Assembly (NCBI RefSeq): GCF_964204645.1
Contig: NC_134027.1
Span: forward strand, 8,898,485 to 8,962,484
Direction of reading: 5' to 3'
DNA: 64,000 nucleotides
DNA from: Tubulanus polymorphus
Taxonomy: Eukaryota > Animalia > Nemertea
Below the pieces are notes generated by a model. The model was not told the origin of the DNA, searched no databases, and saw only the letters and a list, made by a program, of their open reading frames with translations. Both the position numbers and the translations under genes were made by a program. Each line of letters opens with the position of its first letter. The stretch's first letter is position 1. This document shows, piece by piece, positions 34,301 to 46,300 of this stretch.

Positions 34301-37300
34301 TCGCTGAATATTGCCCGGTTGGTAGAATGTCCTTTTAGTTAGAACTCCAAACACAGACTGTAGTTTACATTAAAAATGATAAATTTTATACATTCTTCAT
34401 TACAGACTAATGTTTTGCTAAACTGTTAATTACACCAATTAGTGTCAGACAGGTCTTTGCTCCGAGACATATAAATAACAACAAACCGACGATTTATTGG
34501 TTTGTCAACTAACTGAGCAAAAGAAACAATTCATGTCATTTTGTTTTGCTAAATAATCCTTTTTAAATAATTTGTCGACGATTTATGAACTCTTTGGTTG
34601 AATAGATTGACATTATATAATGGCATCCAAATTCGTGTTGATATTAGGTGTTCGTAATTCTGTTTGCCAGTTTGGAGTTTTCGTCTGTAGAAAAATGGAA
34701 ATTTGAATTGTCTTCTTTATTCACTGATATATGCAAACGGAATAAAAACAACTAGTTTCAAGACTTTGCGGGGGCTTGCAAGGCGTTCCTGTAGTACAAA
34801 ACTATCAACCACTGGATGATAACAAAATAAGTAAAAGGAATTGGTGTCGAATTAGGAATTCCTTTGTAATAATGTTTTGTCCGCTTTGCCGTATGTCATC
34901 AAGGATACTGTGTCACATTTGTTTGTAGCAAACGAAAAATAAAGTTATGCACCTGACATTTTTATCAGATTTAACTATTGAATTTATAACTGAATTATCA
35001 TTTTTTCCAATGGGGTTTGTTAAATTCACTTCGATTATTCATTCGCATCATCGCAACTTCATTTGCAGTCGATGGAAACAATACGTCGCTGTGGGATGCT
35101 GAAGATCTGTCGGTGGAAAATAACGCGACTGGTCAGTTGATTGTAAAATTCACCGCAGCCCCGAAACCTTATAAATTCCGAAAATACAAAGTCTCATTGG
35201 GAACAGCCAGCGGTGATATTGTGGATGAACTGTATATTTATGCGGTATGTTACTCAAACTAATTACAAGTCATTGGGTTGTAAACTTTTCAATAGTAACT
35301 TTACGTACTGATTTCGAATTGTCTGTATATCAGGTCGATTTCTTGCTACGCGCTACACGAAGCCTGTAAGAATTTATGGAATAGATAATTTCCCCACAAA
35401 AGAACATTTGTTTTGCATCCTGAAAGGATAACCATTGCCACCTTTCCCATCATTTTTTCTTTCTATTTTCTATATCTTCTCATTCACTTTATATCCATCG
35501 CCAGGCATCGAATCGATAGGCGTGTAAAGCTATCTGATAGATAACGTCCTTGGCTGCAACGGAGACAGAGTCAACTAGAGTAACCTGTAATGTGAATTCT
35601 TTTCGCAATTCCCTCTTTTAGGATGAGCAATGCGTTGTTTTCAATGACTTGTGCCGAGGCCAATACATAGTACACGTAAGTTAAATGGTATACATATTAC
35701 AAACTTCACCACTAACGATAACTTGTTACCTTGAAGTAGATACGTACTTCATTGGACTCATTTCAGTGCTTTCAATTACTGTTACTTTCAATTTCTAATT
35801 TACCAATCTAATACAGGCCATTGAACTACAATACCTTCCAACAAAAGTTCTTCTTGTGCATAAATATAAGAATCGAGTGTGGGGCTAGAACCTAATCCGT
35901 GTAATTTTTTTCTGGCCTTAAAAAGATATATACTCATTCCTTTTGCAGGTCGAACCATCTCAAGGTGGTCTTACAATGCTGCCATCGTGTCCGTGTAAAC
36001 TGAACGGACAATGCCACAGCTGCGTAGGCACATGGAGACTGGTTGTTATCACAAATGGTGAGTAATAAAATCAATAATAATTTGTTACGTAAAAGCGCTT
36101 ACATTGAAACACTATCAGAGCCCTTTTACAAAAATTGGTTAAAGATCCAGTTAGTACGTCAACTTGCTTTGTTCACCAAGAACCTGAGTGTCTGATGTAA
36201 TGGGTAGGATCCGTGTTAGATCGACGGAGATACAACCACTTACAGCATTTTTCAGGACCGTGTGAACCTTCTGCGGAACGTATCTGACGTGTTTTGTGCT
36301 CAGTTTACAGCAAGATGTTCAAATATGAAATGATGAAACAGATTTGAATTCGGTTTTATTTTCTGGAATACAACAAATCGTTGTTTCCAACCTATGGCAC
36401 TTGTAGCCACAGTTAAGTGCCATGGTGTCAATTCCTCATCAGGACAAACTTACTGCTTGATTTCTTATGCCCGTCCGTATATTCGCAGTCGGCGAGGGTG
36501 GATTTAGGGGGTGGACCAGGTGGCATGGTGCCTTTAGAATTAGAATATTCCCTCCATATATATCGAAAAGGGCTCCGTTATGGGCCAGAAAAGACTTTTA
36601 GTTCATCAAGTATCTGTGATGGGACCCTAAAAACCTCCACCAATGCTTCGCTGGCAGCCCTCGCATTGCCAAATCTATCCTTCTAAAATTGTCTGTCCGT
36701 CTTTCAGGCACAACCCTTCCAAGAATCCTAGATTCGCCCTTGGAGGGCCCATATCCCCGCTCATATTTCTTGCAAATGCGGATTGATGTGGGTTACGTAT
36801 CTATCGTTTTAGGAAAGAGCTGCGACGGAAAACCTGAAAATAACACCGAAATCATCCCGAAATTATCCGATCAAACGCCTTGTACGAAGTCCGAAGGGGA
36901 TTCACTTGAGGAGGGGGATATCGCTCCCCAAGATTGGTCTGGCGATTCAAACGTCATACCAGACGGCCACAAGCTTCCGCCAACACCAACTGTACAGGCC
37001 GAACGTAAAAGCGTACACGTTCGAAACGATCTAGATATTTCAGAACAGCTAAAACAACAACAACAACAGCAACACTATAATCTACGCGGCCGATTTTTAA
37101 ACGACAGCTATATCGGACTGGAGAAGAGAGTGGCCGATACTGGAACGGGGAAATTGGCGGACAGTACGCACGGTTTAGGACTCGCTAGCGTTGTTGGTCT
37201 CGTAAGCTCGGCGGTTTTCATCATTGCGTTGATAGCTCTAGTGCTGATAATCGTGAAGTTAGTTCTGCGCCATAAAGCGAAACGTGAGTAAACATACATG

Positions 37301-39521
37301 CATTAACTCCTCGCAAGTTGCTTAACTTTTCAAATTTACGGGATGCCTCGGTTGCAAGATAACTAAACTATGCGTAGGCACCCGATGGAGAAAAAAGACA
37401 TTTCAACAGAATTTCACTTAATATGATAATTGTTCAGTCTGTCACCGTTATCATATCACATGGCTTTCTTAGAAAATGACGGACATTTTTCACCCACCAT
37501 TTCAACTACAATTTATTTCCCAGAAAAGCAGAACATTGAAATTACGAGTTAAACAATTCAAAAAGAGAGAGAAAAATCATCGAATATGACAGTCTGCTAT
37601 CATTATACAAAAAGCTACAACAAAATCAAAAGACGTGACAAAGCGTACCGTCAAGTTATAGATTTTGAAATGGTTTGTGTTTTCCCTCGTATTGTGGGAT
37701 TTGTCATTAAGTTTAATGACATAAATTTAATGACTTAACATGATACGTATTTGTCTTATAAAGACATTACGGTTTTCGTTGCATTTGCGAGATATGGTGA
37801 AGACGAAGACGATAATGATGATGTGCAGTTCCTAATCGCGGCGTTGAATTTCTCATATAGTTATGTTGGTGTGACATTTTGTTGTCCATTTATGAGTTTT
37901 TTACATAAATCTGAGGTATTCTAGTTAGGTTTATCCCGTTTACAGTAATTATGCATTAATTTTTTGGATGCGTTGCTAATTGCAGAGAATTCAAGAATGG
38001 TGACCCCGCTCCCGATACATCGTAAAAAAGAAAACAAGCGAACGTCATCACCGACAGACTATCTTCAATCCATAAAGATACCGAAAAATGAACCAAACAC
38101 GTTATCAGGTAAGTTTACGACGGATTTCTATGTTTTATCGCTACGCCATTTCCTTTCTTAGTTGCAGTCGTACAAAGTCAATGCTCCAAAGTGGTGAATA
38201 TTCGTAAATGAGTTTTCGCAACTTTTCCAGAATAGCGCCTTCTGCAAAAACATCTTTCATCGTATATAATCCTGGTATACATACTATTTCGCCAGTCGCC
38301 CAGCAAAGGCGATATTTGCTTTTTTGTAGAAATTGTTTTCAAAGCATTCCTTTTTACCGTATGAAATTTCACATTTTCTTCCTCAGCTGCAAGCTCAATG
38401 TTCATCGGCATTCCGCGGGTGATGATTATATATTTCAAGGACAGCGAACAGCATCAAAATGTTGTGCACCACTTCGCCAATTTCGTCAACGAATACGGTG
38501 CTGTTGACATCCGCATGCATGAGTGGTCACAAAAAGAGATTCACAGAGTAGGCACGTACCAATGGTTGAACAACACGATGGAGGACTGCCAGCATATCAT
38601 CGTTATCAATTCACGCGGAGCCTACGAACGTCATCGCTTGCTGAAGAAAGGCAAACCACTGCCCGACGACGCAACCGACCCGCTGGGCAACATGTTCCCG
38701 CTGGCATTGGATCTACTAGCGAAGAAGTACGAGACCCTCAAAGAGAAGTACATCATGGTGTACTTCAATTACGACGATAAAGAACACATTCTGAAACATC
38801 TAAGTTCCGGTATTGAACTGTGCATGCCGCAGCACATGGAGCAGTTGTACTTGCAGCTGCATCACTGCGAAGAATACGAGGGCGGCTTCAAAAACCACGT
38901 GCGTCTGTTCAACTCCGAGGACTACATGAGCACCCCAGAAGGAAAAAAACTTCAGGACACGATCAGAAAGATTTACCAGAGGATAAACAGTAACGACACG
39001 CACGATTCGGGCATTCATTCCACGTCGCCGGAAACTATGCGACGGCTGAAACAACAAAGCGGGAATTCGACATCTTTACAACTGCCAGAAGATAGGCTAT
39101 GTGAAGGTAATTATGCTTATTGGCTATTTTAGTGAAATTTACAAATGAAATGATATTTTCGAAGTCCATCATAGAGGATCTCATGGGGAAAGTAATCGTG
39201 GTTTAGTTTGAGAACAATTAATTCAGGGTAAATAAAACAAAAAGACATGAAACAAAAGGCAACGACTGGAAATACAAATTTCGGAGATTTCATATATAAA
39301 ATCAAAAAATCTATCAAAAAAGATCATAATATATATTCGTAGCATTTGTAATATAACCTAACTTATCAATTTTTGTTTTATTTTAAGGAGACGCCGTTTC
39401 GACAACTAGTACTATGTATTGCAATGACGTGGCGTGTCAACTGCTTGCGGAGATCGACAATGGCAACAATTCAATTGTAACTAGTCGAATCCACGATTAC
39501 GGAACTCTGCCACATCATTGA
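31350..39521 (+). CDS. Interleukin-17 receptor-like SEFIR-domain transmembrane protein (5' exon uncertain)
   Basis: Phase-consistent exons at 32577-32737, 33223-33276, 33431-33539, ~33792-34013, ~35069-35244, ~35622-35675, 35949-36057, 36813-37283, 37986-38108, ~38387-39106 and 39389-39521. They encode two Ig/FnIII-like modules (W...V.FT.AP..F..Y.V.L; LCRG.Y; CxC..CxxC), a stalk, a TM helix (LASVVGLVSSAVFIIALIALVLIIV) and a SEFIR-like domain (RVMIIY...HQNVVHHFANFV...IIVINSRG...VYF). The ATG at 31350 is only a candidate start. Confidence 0.8.
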
Positions 39522-41366
39522 AAGAGAGAAGAGATATCGCTATACTTGGTAAACAGCATCCATTTTTTTGTGATATCTCCGAATTTGTGATCGGAGACTA
39601 TATACGTAGGAAAGCTTTGTAGATATTCTCAACCGGAAACGAAACGTTGATATAATGTTACTTAAATATAAATATTTTTCGTCTGGTTTCAACGCGATGA
39701 ACGGAACTGTTTGTTTTAGCTGTCTTAGTCAGAACTTGTTCAATGTTGATACTTCTCTTTTCGACGGATTTTGGATTACATTCACATTGTACATAAAGTA
39801 TACCGATATCATTCAGCATGAATGTTTTTTCGTTTAGTTTAAGAAAGTTTTCTCGCGGCTCGCAGTGTGCGAGGTTGATGTTCGTTGTATATGATTATCA
39901 TGTTTATCGCGTGTTGTGCTGGGTTAATCGAAAATTGTTTATAAGATCGAAAATAAGATTTTTTGTTCGCAGCAGACCACGCCCTGAAAGATAGCTCTTG
40001 AAAGCAATTAAGTTGCTACTCGGTCAGTGCTAATAAGGAAAAATAAACATGTTACAATATACATTTGCTACATTTTGCGTAAAGTTTGTAAGAAAGATGA
40101 TTCCAAATAGATGTTGACCTGTTATATATATATAATCACTGCGAAAAATTGTAAATATGTTTGAAATGAATAAGATTGCGATTATTACTAGTTATTGTAG
40201 ATCAATACTATCCAGAACTGGAATGTTACGTTAGCAGCGTTTCTGTTTACTTGCAAATTTAAAAGCATATCTTGTTATACGATACGCGTTATTACAATTG
40301 TTATATACATATATACGTATATATACTTGATGAAAAATGACTGATGAGATAGATAAGACATGGGTATTACAGGCATGTAAAAGTTACAATAAAGTTTTCA
40401 ATGTTGAATTATTAGTAATTTATACGTTTCTCTCCCTGTTTTATTATCTGTCGCCAGATCTACCGTAACTCTCTGTCAGTTCCATAGGGTTTTCATATTT
40501 ACTATCGAACCAAGATATATACACGTTTGACCAAAGGCTAAGTTTCGATGAAGCCCAGGGGCGGATCCTATCACACTATTCGACTGTCACATGTCAAAAA
40601 GGCAGATAGCAGGGGTGGATGTTGGATATCTGGGAGGCCGGGCTCCCGAAATAAAGAAAAGGCGGTTCTCAGATGAAAGCGATCATATCATAGGCTTCTA
40701 TCGGGCCCGCCTCGTTATTCGATGTTTTTCTGCTTTTTTAAGAGAAAGAAAACGATGCAGTTTCCGAAAGGATGATCAAATTTACAGGTTTTAACGATCT
40801 TTGCCTTGATGAAAAGGGCAACTTAAATGGGAAGGCAGGGGACCGGACCCCTGAGACCACCCCCTAAATCCATCCGTCTGGATGGGTGAAAGAGGAATGT
40901 GTGCATTGGCGGGTGCGACCCGACCGTCGCGTCGACTTGCGAATGGCACAGTCGCAAGGGCGCGCAATTTGACGGGCTTAAATGAAGTAAATTCCATCGC
41001 AATGAATCGCAAGCGCGGTCGTTGGTCACCCGGTTCAGCGGAACTATTAGCGATAATCAATAACAATAGCATGTCATGCATTTCGGCCTCCGTTAATTAC
41101 AGACGTTGGTCTGTATTTGTCACTTTGATACTGTGAACGAACACGCCTCACTCGTCGTCTATGAATAACCAAGACGACACACAGACCAGCGAGAAAGCGA
41201 GAATTAATAAGTCGTTTTATCATTACTTTCCTGTAAAATATTTATTCGCACATTTCATATCCTATTACAGGCAAGCGCTGACCGGCAGGCAGTATTTTAC
41301 TACAGTGCATGTTTTATAATAATACATTTTACTACATGTACTATCATCTACTTTTACACAAAGCAG

Positions 41367-41744
41367 CAGGGTCCCTACAGATCAGTCTTTCCAGAATTCA
41401 ATGACTTTTCAAGGAGAATATTTCAAATCTCGAGTAGTGTACGCATCACTTTCATATCCAAATTACACAAGACTCCTCCTAAATCGGTACTGTTTATCTT
41501 GGTTAACTGTTAATTCGGTAACTTAGAAGGCAAATATAATCTTTTACACTAACTAAACTCGGTTTCTAATTCAGTAGCCGCCTAAACCATTTGATTCGGT
41601 GGAATCTGCGTGTATTAAGTGTATGGACAAACATTTTGGAATTGCCCAATTTCTCAAAATTCAAGGAGTTTTCAAGGACTTTTGGGCATTTTGCTCAAAC
41701 ATTTTTGGTTTAGAAGGAGTTTTCAAGGAGTCGTAGGGACCCTG
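41367..41744. mobile_element. CAGGGTCCCTAC-terminated MITE
   Basis: TIR CAGGGTCCCTAC...GTAGGGACCCTG. A degenerate internal homologue lies at ~51135-51500 in a TBC1D31 intron. Confidence 0.7.
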
Positions 41745-41942
41745 GCAAAGACACTAACCCTTGATTTAACCAAGAATACGGTCAACCTCAGATATACCGC
41801 CCACATCAGTGCAGAACGATTTTGGGCGGTATAGAAAGAATGATGATATAGCAGGTGGTGTTTTACTATGTATTTGTATTGAGAAAACTTAGCGGTAGGC
41901 AGTATATGGGAGGGCGGTGGGTTGACTGTAGAATTCTCATCA

Positions 41943-42127
41943 CCAGGGATCGAAGGTGTGTAAAGCTATCTGATACATAATGTCCTTGGCTGCAACAGGG
42001 ACAGAGTCAACTAGAGTAACCTGATAGGCTTTTCGCAATTCTCTCTTTTAGGATGAGCCACGTGTTGTTTTCGATGACTTGTGCCTAGGCTAATAATAGT
42101 ACATGTAAGTAAAATGGTATACATTTT
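41943..42127 (+). pseudogene. Decayed duplicate of one SEFIR-receptor exon plus flanking intron (source ~35502-35697)
   Basis: Shares intron sequence (GTAAAGCTATCTGATA...ACAGAGTCAACTAGAGTAACCTG), the acceptor TTTTAG|GATGAG and the donor GTAAGT with the real exon. The copy has an in-frame TAA (42091) and is 53 rather than 54 nt. Confidence 0.85.
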
Positions 42128-43311
42128 ACCATGGACGTATAAACTAGACAACACGATTCATAATCATAAATATATATCTGCTTCAGATGATGTTCGATAA
42201 TTATTTTCAGCAGAACTATCAGCGATAATCAATAATAGCATGTCATGCATTTCGGCCTCCGTGAATTACAGACATTGGTCTATTCGTCACCTTGATACTG
42301 TGAACGAACACACCTCACTGTCGTTTATAAATTACCACCAAGACGACACAGCGAGAAAACAAGAAGCCGCTCTATTATTACATTCCTGTAAAATATTAAT
42401 TCATACCCTATTACAAGCAAGCGCTGACCGGCAGGCATATTTATTTTACTATAGTGCATGTTTTATAATAATGCATTTCACTACATGTTCTATCATCTTC
42501 TTTTACACAACGACTCTTAATACTCTCGATTTTGCAAAATAGAATTATCAAACCAATACCGCTTGTCTACACACTAGGTTTGCGTGCAGAATTGTACATT
42601 CTATCCTATTTCCTCATTCACCAACATTCTATTCATAATTGATATTGTAATACTTGTACATGTACAACTATATACAGGCCACTGCTTGGCCGATGTTATG
42701 GCTTTGTTGAAAGGGACGTAACTTAACTAATGCCATGTCTCTATCAACAACCAAAAGATGAAATAATGCCTGCAAATGCTTGAAACTAGACAATGTGTAA
42801 ACGTTATCTCACAGTTGATAAAACCAGGTTTAGCTAATGTCGCTTGCTTTTAAAACAATGGTTTCATAAACTCGAAATTTTTACAATCTAATCGTGAGAT
42901 TAAATTTACAGTGGAAGCTTGTAACCAATGGTTGCAATGCATTTAAGAAACCTAACGGAGAACAGACATTAGACATTTCTAGACTATAACTAAAACTCTA
43001 TCTTCATCTTTTATGAAAACCTGACCAGCAGGTTACAAATTGCTATAATTAAGCAAGAAATTATGGTAATACATGATGTCATACGATGATTTATTATATG
43101 GAGGCAATCATCATTTTTTACATGTAAATATGTTGTTAGATAAATGCAATTCTTAAGTACAATAGAAACAATACCGATATATCAAAGTACTCAATCAGCT
43201 ACAATGTTCTGAAGTACACATTTTCTGATTCTGAGAACTTATGATATGTTGATTTGGCGTAAACATCATGGCAGAGAGCTGGCTGCATCATCGAGTTGAG
43301 GAACCCAGTGA

Positions 43312-46300
43312 TCATCTAGGGCCAGGACGACTTTCTCTCGCGAGTTTTTCACGAATTCTTCGAACTTCTAACATCAGTTTATGTTCACCTTCATCAAGTT
43401 TCTGACGGTCTGATCGCAGCGATGCTGAAATTAATGAAATAAATGATATTCAAATAGAATTAGATAACACGTTTAAGGACTGCATAAGAGGGGCTGCTCA
43501 TAAATTGGTTAATATTTCGCTTAATGTCTTAGTTAACAAGGTTGCCACTTGTATTTGACTTGCTTTTTCTCCCGACTTTTCTCTCACAATTCCCCGACAT
43601 GCTGTTTTCCCTGATTTGATCTGCTTTGAATCCAATCAATTAACGCAGTCAAATACGTATTACATAGGCGGAAACTGTTTGATTATCCGCACGATCGAGC
43701 AGTCTCAATAAATTTCCGACTTTCCCCGGATTTTTCGCTATTCGCGAAATTCCGACTTTTCCCAGCTTTCCAAGTAAGTAGCTGTAATCTCAATAATTAG
43801 CGTGTGTATAGTTAACTCGGTTCACATGGTGCTGTGACTACTGCAAAACAAAATGTCTCGAAACTAGGTCCCTGAAAATGTCATCTTACACGTCGAATGC
43901 ACTCACGATAAGAGGATGATGACGAGGTCACTGATTCGACGTCACCGTTGTTATTTTCATCGTTCGCCATATTTTGCCGCAATTCCCGTAAACGCTCTGA
44001 TCGAAATATAGAATTTTTATCGTATCAACAAAAATTAATAAGTAATAATGTTATCAATTTCACTTGATACTAGAATAGAATGTTGAAGTTTGAATACAAT
44101 TACGAGTACTAACCAAATGATTTTTGCAGATCTTCCGAGTCATCTGATTCTGTAATCACACTACGCGCACCAGTCCCACCGTACACGCGGTTCACAAACT
44201 CTTGCTCTTCAGAATCGGCGAAAGCCTTCTACACAAAATAGATTTTAAAGCATAGTAACTTACAAGGAAATGTCAGGAGCAAAAACCAATAAAATTCTCA
44301 AAACTAAATGTGACGCAGGTAGAAAGAAAAAAAAAAACCACTCGATCAACTTTTAAACCAATCATCAATAACCACACTAAAGAGATATCTCAACTTATCT
44401 CTGCAAAATAAGCTTCTGCATTATGAACTATGCAAAAAACGCTTCCTGATTTTGGATACACTTTTTCCTCCCTGCTAATTGAGGCTATGGACATTATTAT
44501 CTATATTTACTGTGTAAACAGTTCGTAAAATGATGAAACCGTTTAATTCAAAATGGTGTAACATTGGCAATTATTTAGTCAGTGGTAAATAGATAGATGG
44601 TTAAGTACACAACAGGTCAACTGCTAATTTACAGTCTGCCAATTCCTTGTACATGTATATCGTACGAGGTGTCAATTGTTTAATGGCTTCTCAGAAGTAG
44701 GGACTGACTTCATTAACACCTCTGTGGCTTCACCAAGCTTTGTCCAAAAATTATGTCACAAATGACAACAATTCAGAAATTCAAATTCTATTTGAAATTG
44801 GTATGAAATACATATACAATCGCTGGCACTATTGCACTCTGCAATTTGTGTATTCGCTTGAGGATATTTTCATTTTAGCATGATTATCTATTGATAAATC
44901 AAGATGTCAAAAACTTGTTTGTTGCCATTATAGTGTCCGTAGAGTGGATAAAAAGGGTCGGTGCCATTCATAACTGGTGCGTAACCAGGACAAGTCGATA
45001 TTCCTGGTACAGGTATGACGTAATCGCTCTGTTGTGTAAATGTAAGCTTATTCACACTCTTAAATTACCACATGCCTAGGATTATCAGCTAGTATGTTCT
45101 ATTCCGGAAGGTGTGGGAAGTGAACATCCTCCCAGGTCATACCAAAGTCAAGTAATTGGGTAAGAAACCACCTGCTTCGATCTGCATAAACCACTAATTT
45201 GATAAAAGTACAATTCCCCGTAAATCTAGCTTTGTTGTACCTTATGTTCTTTGACTTGATCCATTAGATTTTCAATCTTTCGCTCCATTGCTGCATTTTC
45301 ATCGTATCTCTTCGCCATCTGTTGTATGAATAATTCATGAATTAAACCGATATTATTGTATTTCAGTTAAATGCCACATTTACTGTATCTTATTCAGGGC
45401 TGCCAAAATCTGAAAAGTGCTATCAGTAACAAATTAAATTTTTTCCTGTAACATTCCAACGTTCATATTAATCAATAATAAACAGTAAACAACCCTCAGT
45501 AACATCTTTTGAATTTCTGTATGCATCAAACAAATGAAATCAGTATTCCTCTTTATAGAATAGTAACAAAAACTGAAAATCAGGAACAGTTGGCAGCTCT
45601 ACTTATTGTATTTGCATATATTCCATTACCTGTAATAGTTCGCGTTCGTGTTGCATTTCTTCCAAGCGATGTCGCAATTCCAGCTCGTTCATCATTCTAC
45701 CGTCCATGGCTAATTGCTCGACATGACCCAATTCCTTTTGCATCGCCTACGATGAGAATAACGATAATATCCAATATCTCTAGCCCTTTTCAAAATGAAC
45801 TAGATAATGGTTAACAAGGGTAAGTCATTTTCTAGTAAATATAAAGACATAATGACTTCTTGATAACGCATTTCTCTTTTCTTAGTAAACCAAAGTATTA
45901 AAAGAATATACAACCAGACTCACCCTTTTGTGTGGATCTCCGACATCGTCCGGAATGAATTCGTGGAATTTTAATCTACGCGATATTTCTGCCTCTTTAT
46001 CAATGCCATCCGCGTAATGTTTCTGGCCGAATGTTGATTTAAGGGCCTCTCGTTCTAAATCCTATAGAATAATTTTGTTAGAAACTTAAGCAATGATAAA
46101 GATGTAACGAATAACACGTTGAAAATAGTCAAGCAGTGAAGTGAATAAACATGGTTTTTTATATGCCGCAAAACTTTCTGTAATAAACAAAGAAACTGTC
46201 AGTCTAACAGGGTGGCCACTTTTATTTGACTTCTATTCCCTGACATGCACGTTATTTTCCTTGACTTGATCTGCTAAGAATCCAATCAATTAACACGTAA

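Larger units (their letters stand above)
41035..42510 (+). repeat. Pair of ~320-bp diverged direct repeats (41035-41362 and 42207-42510)
   Basis: Both copies read TTCAGC(G/A)GAACTAT(T/C)AGCGATAATCAATA...GCATGTCATGCATTTCGGCCTCCG...CAAGCGCTGACCGGCAGGCA...TTTTACACAA. Confidence 0.85.
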
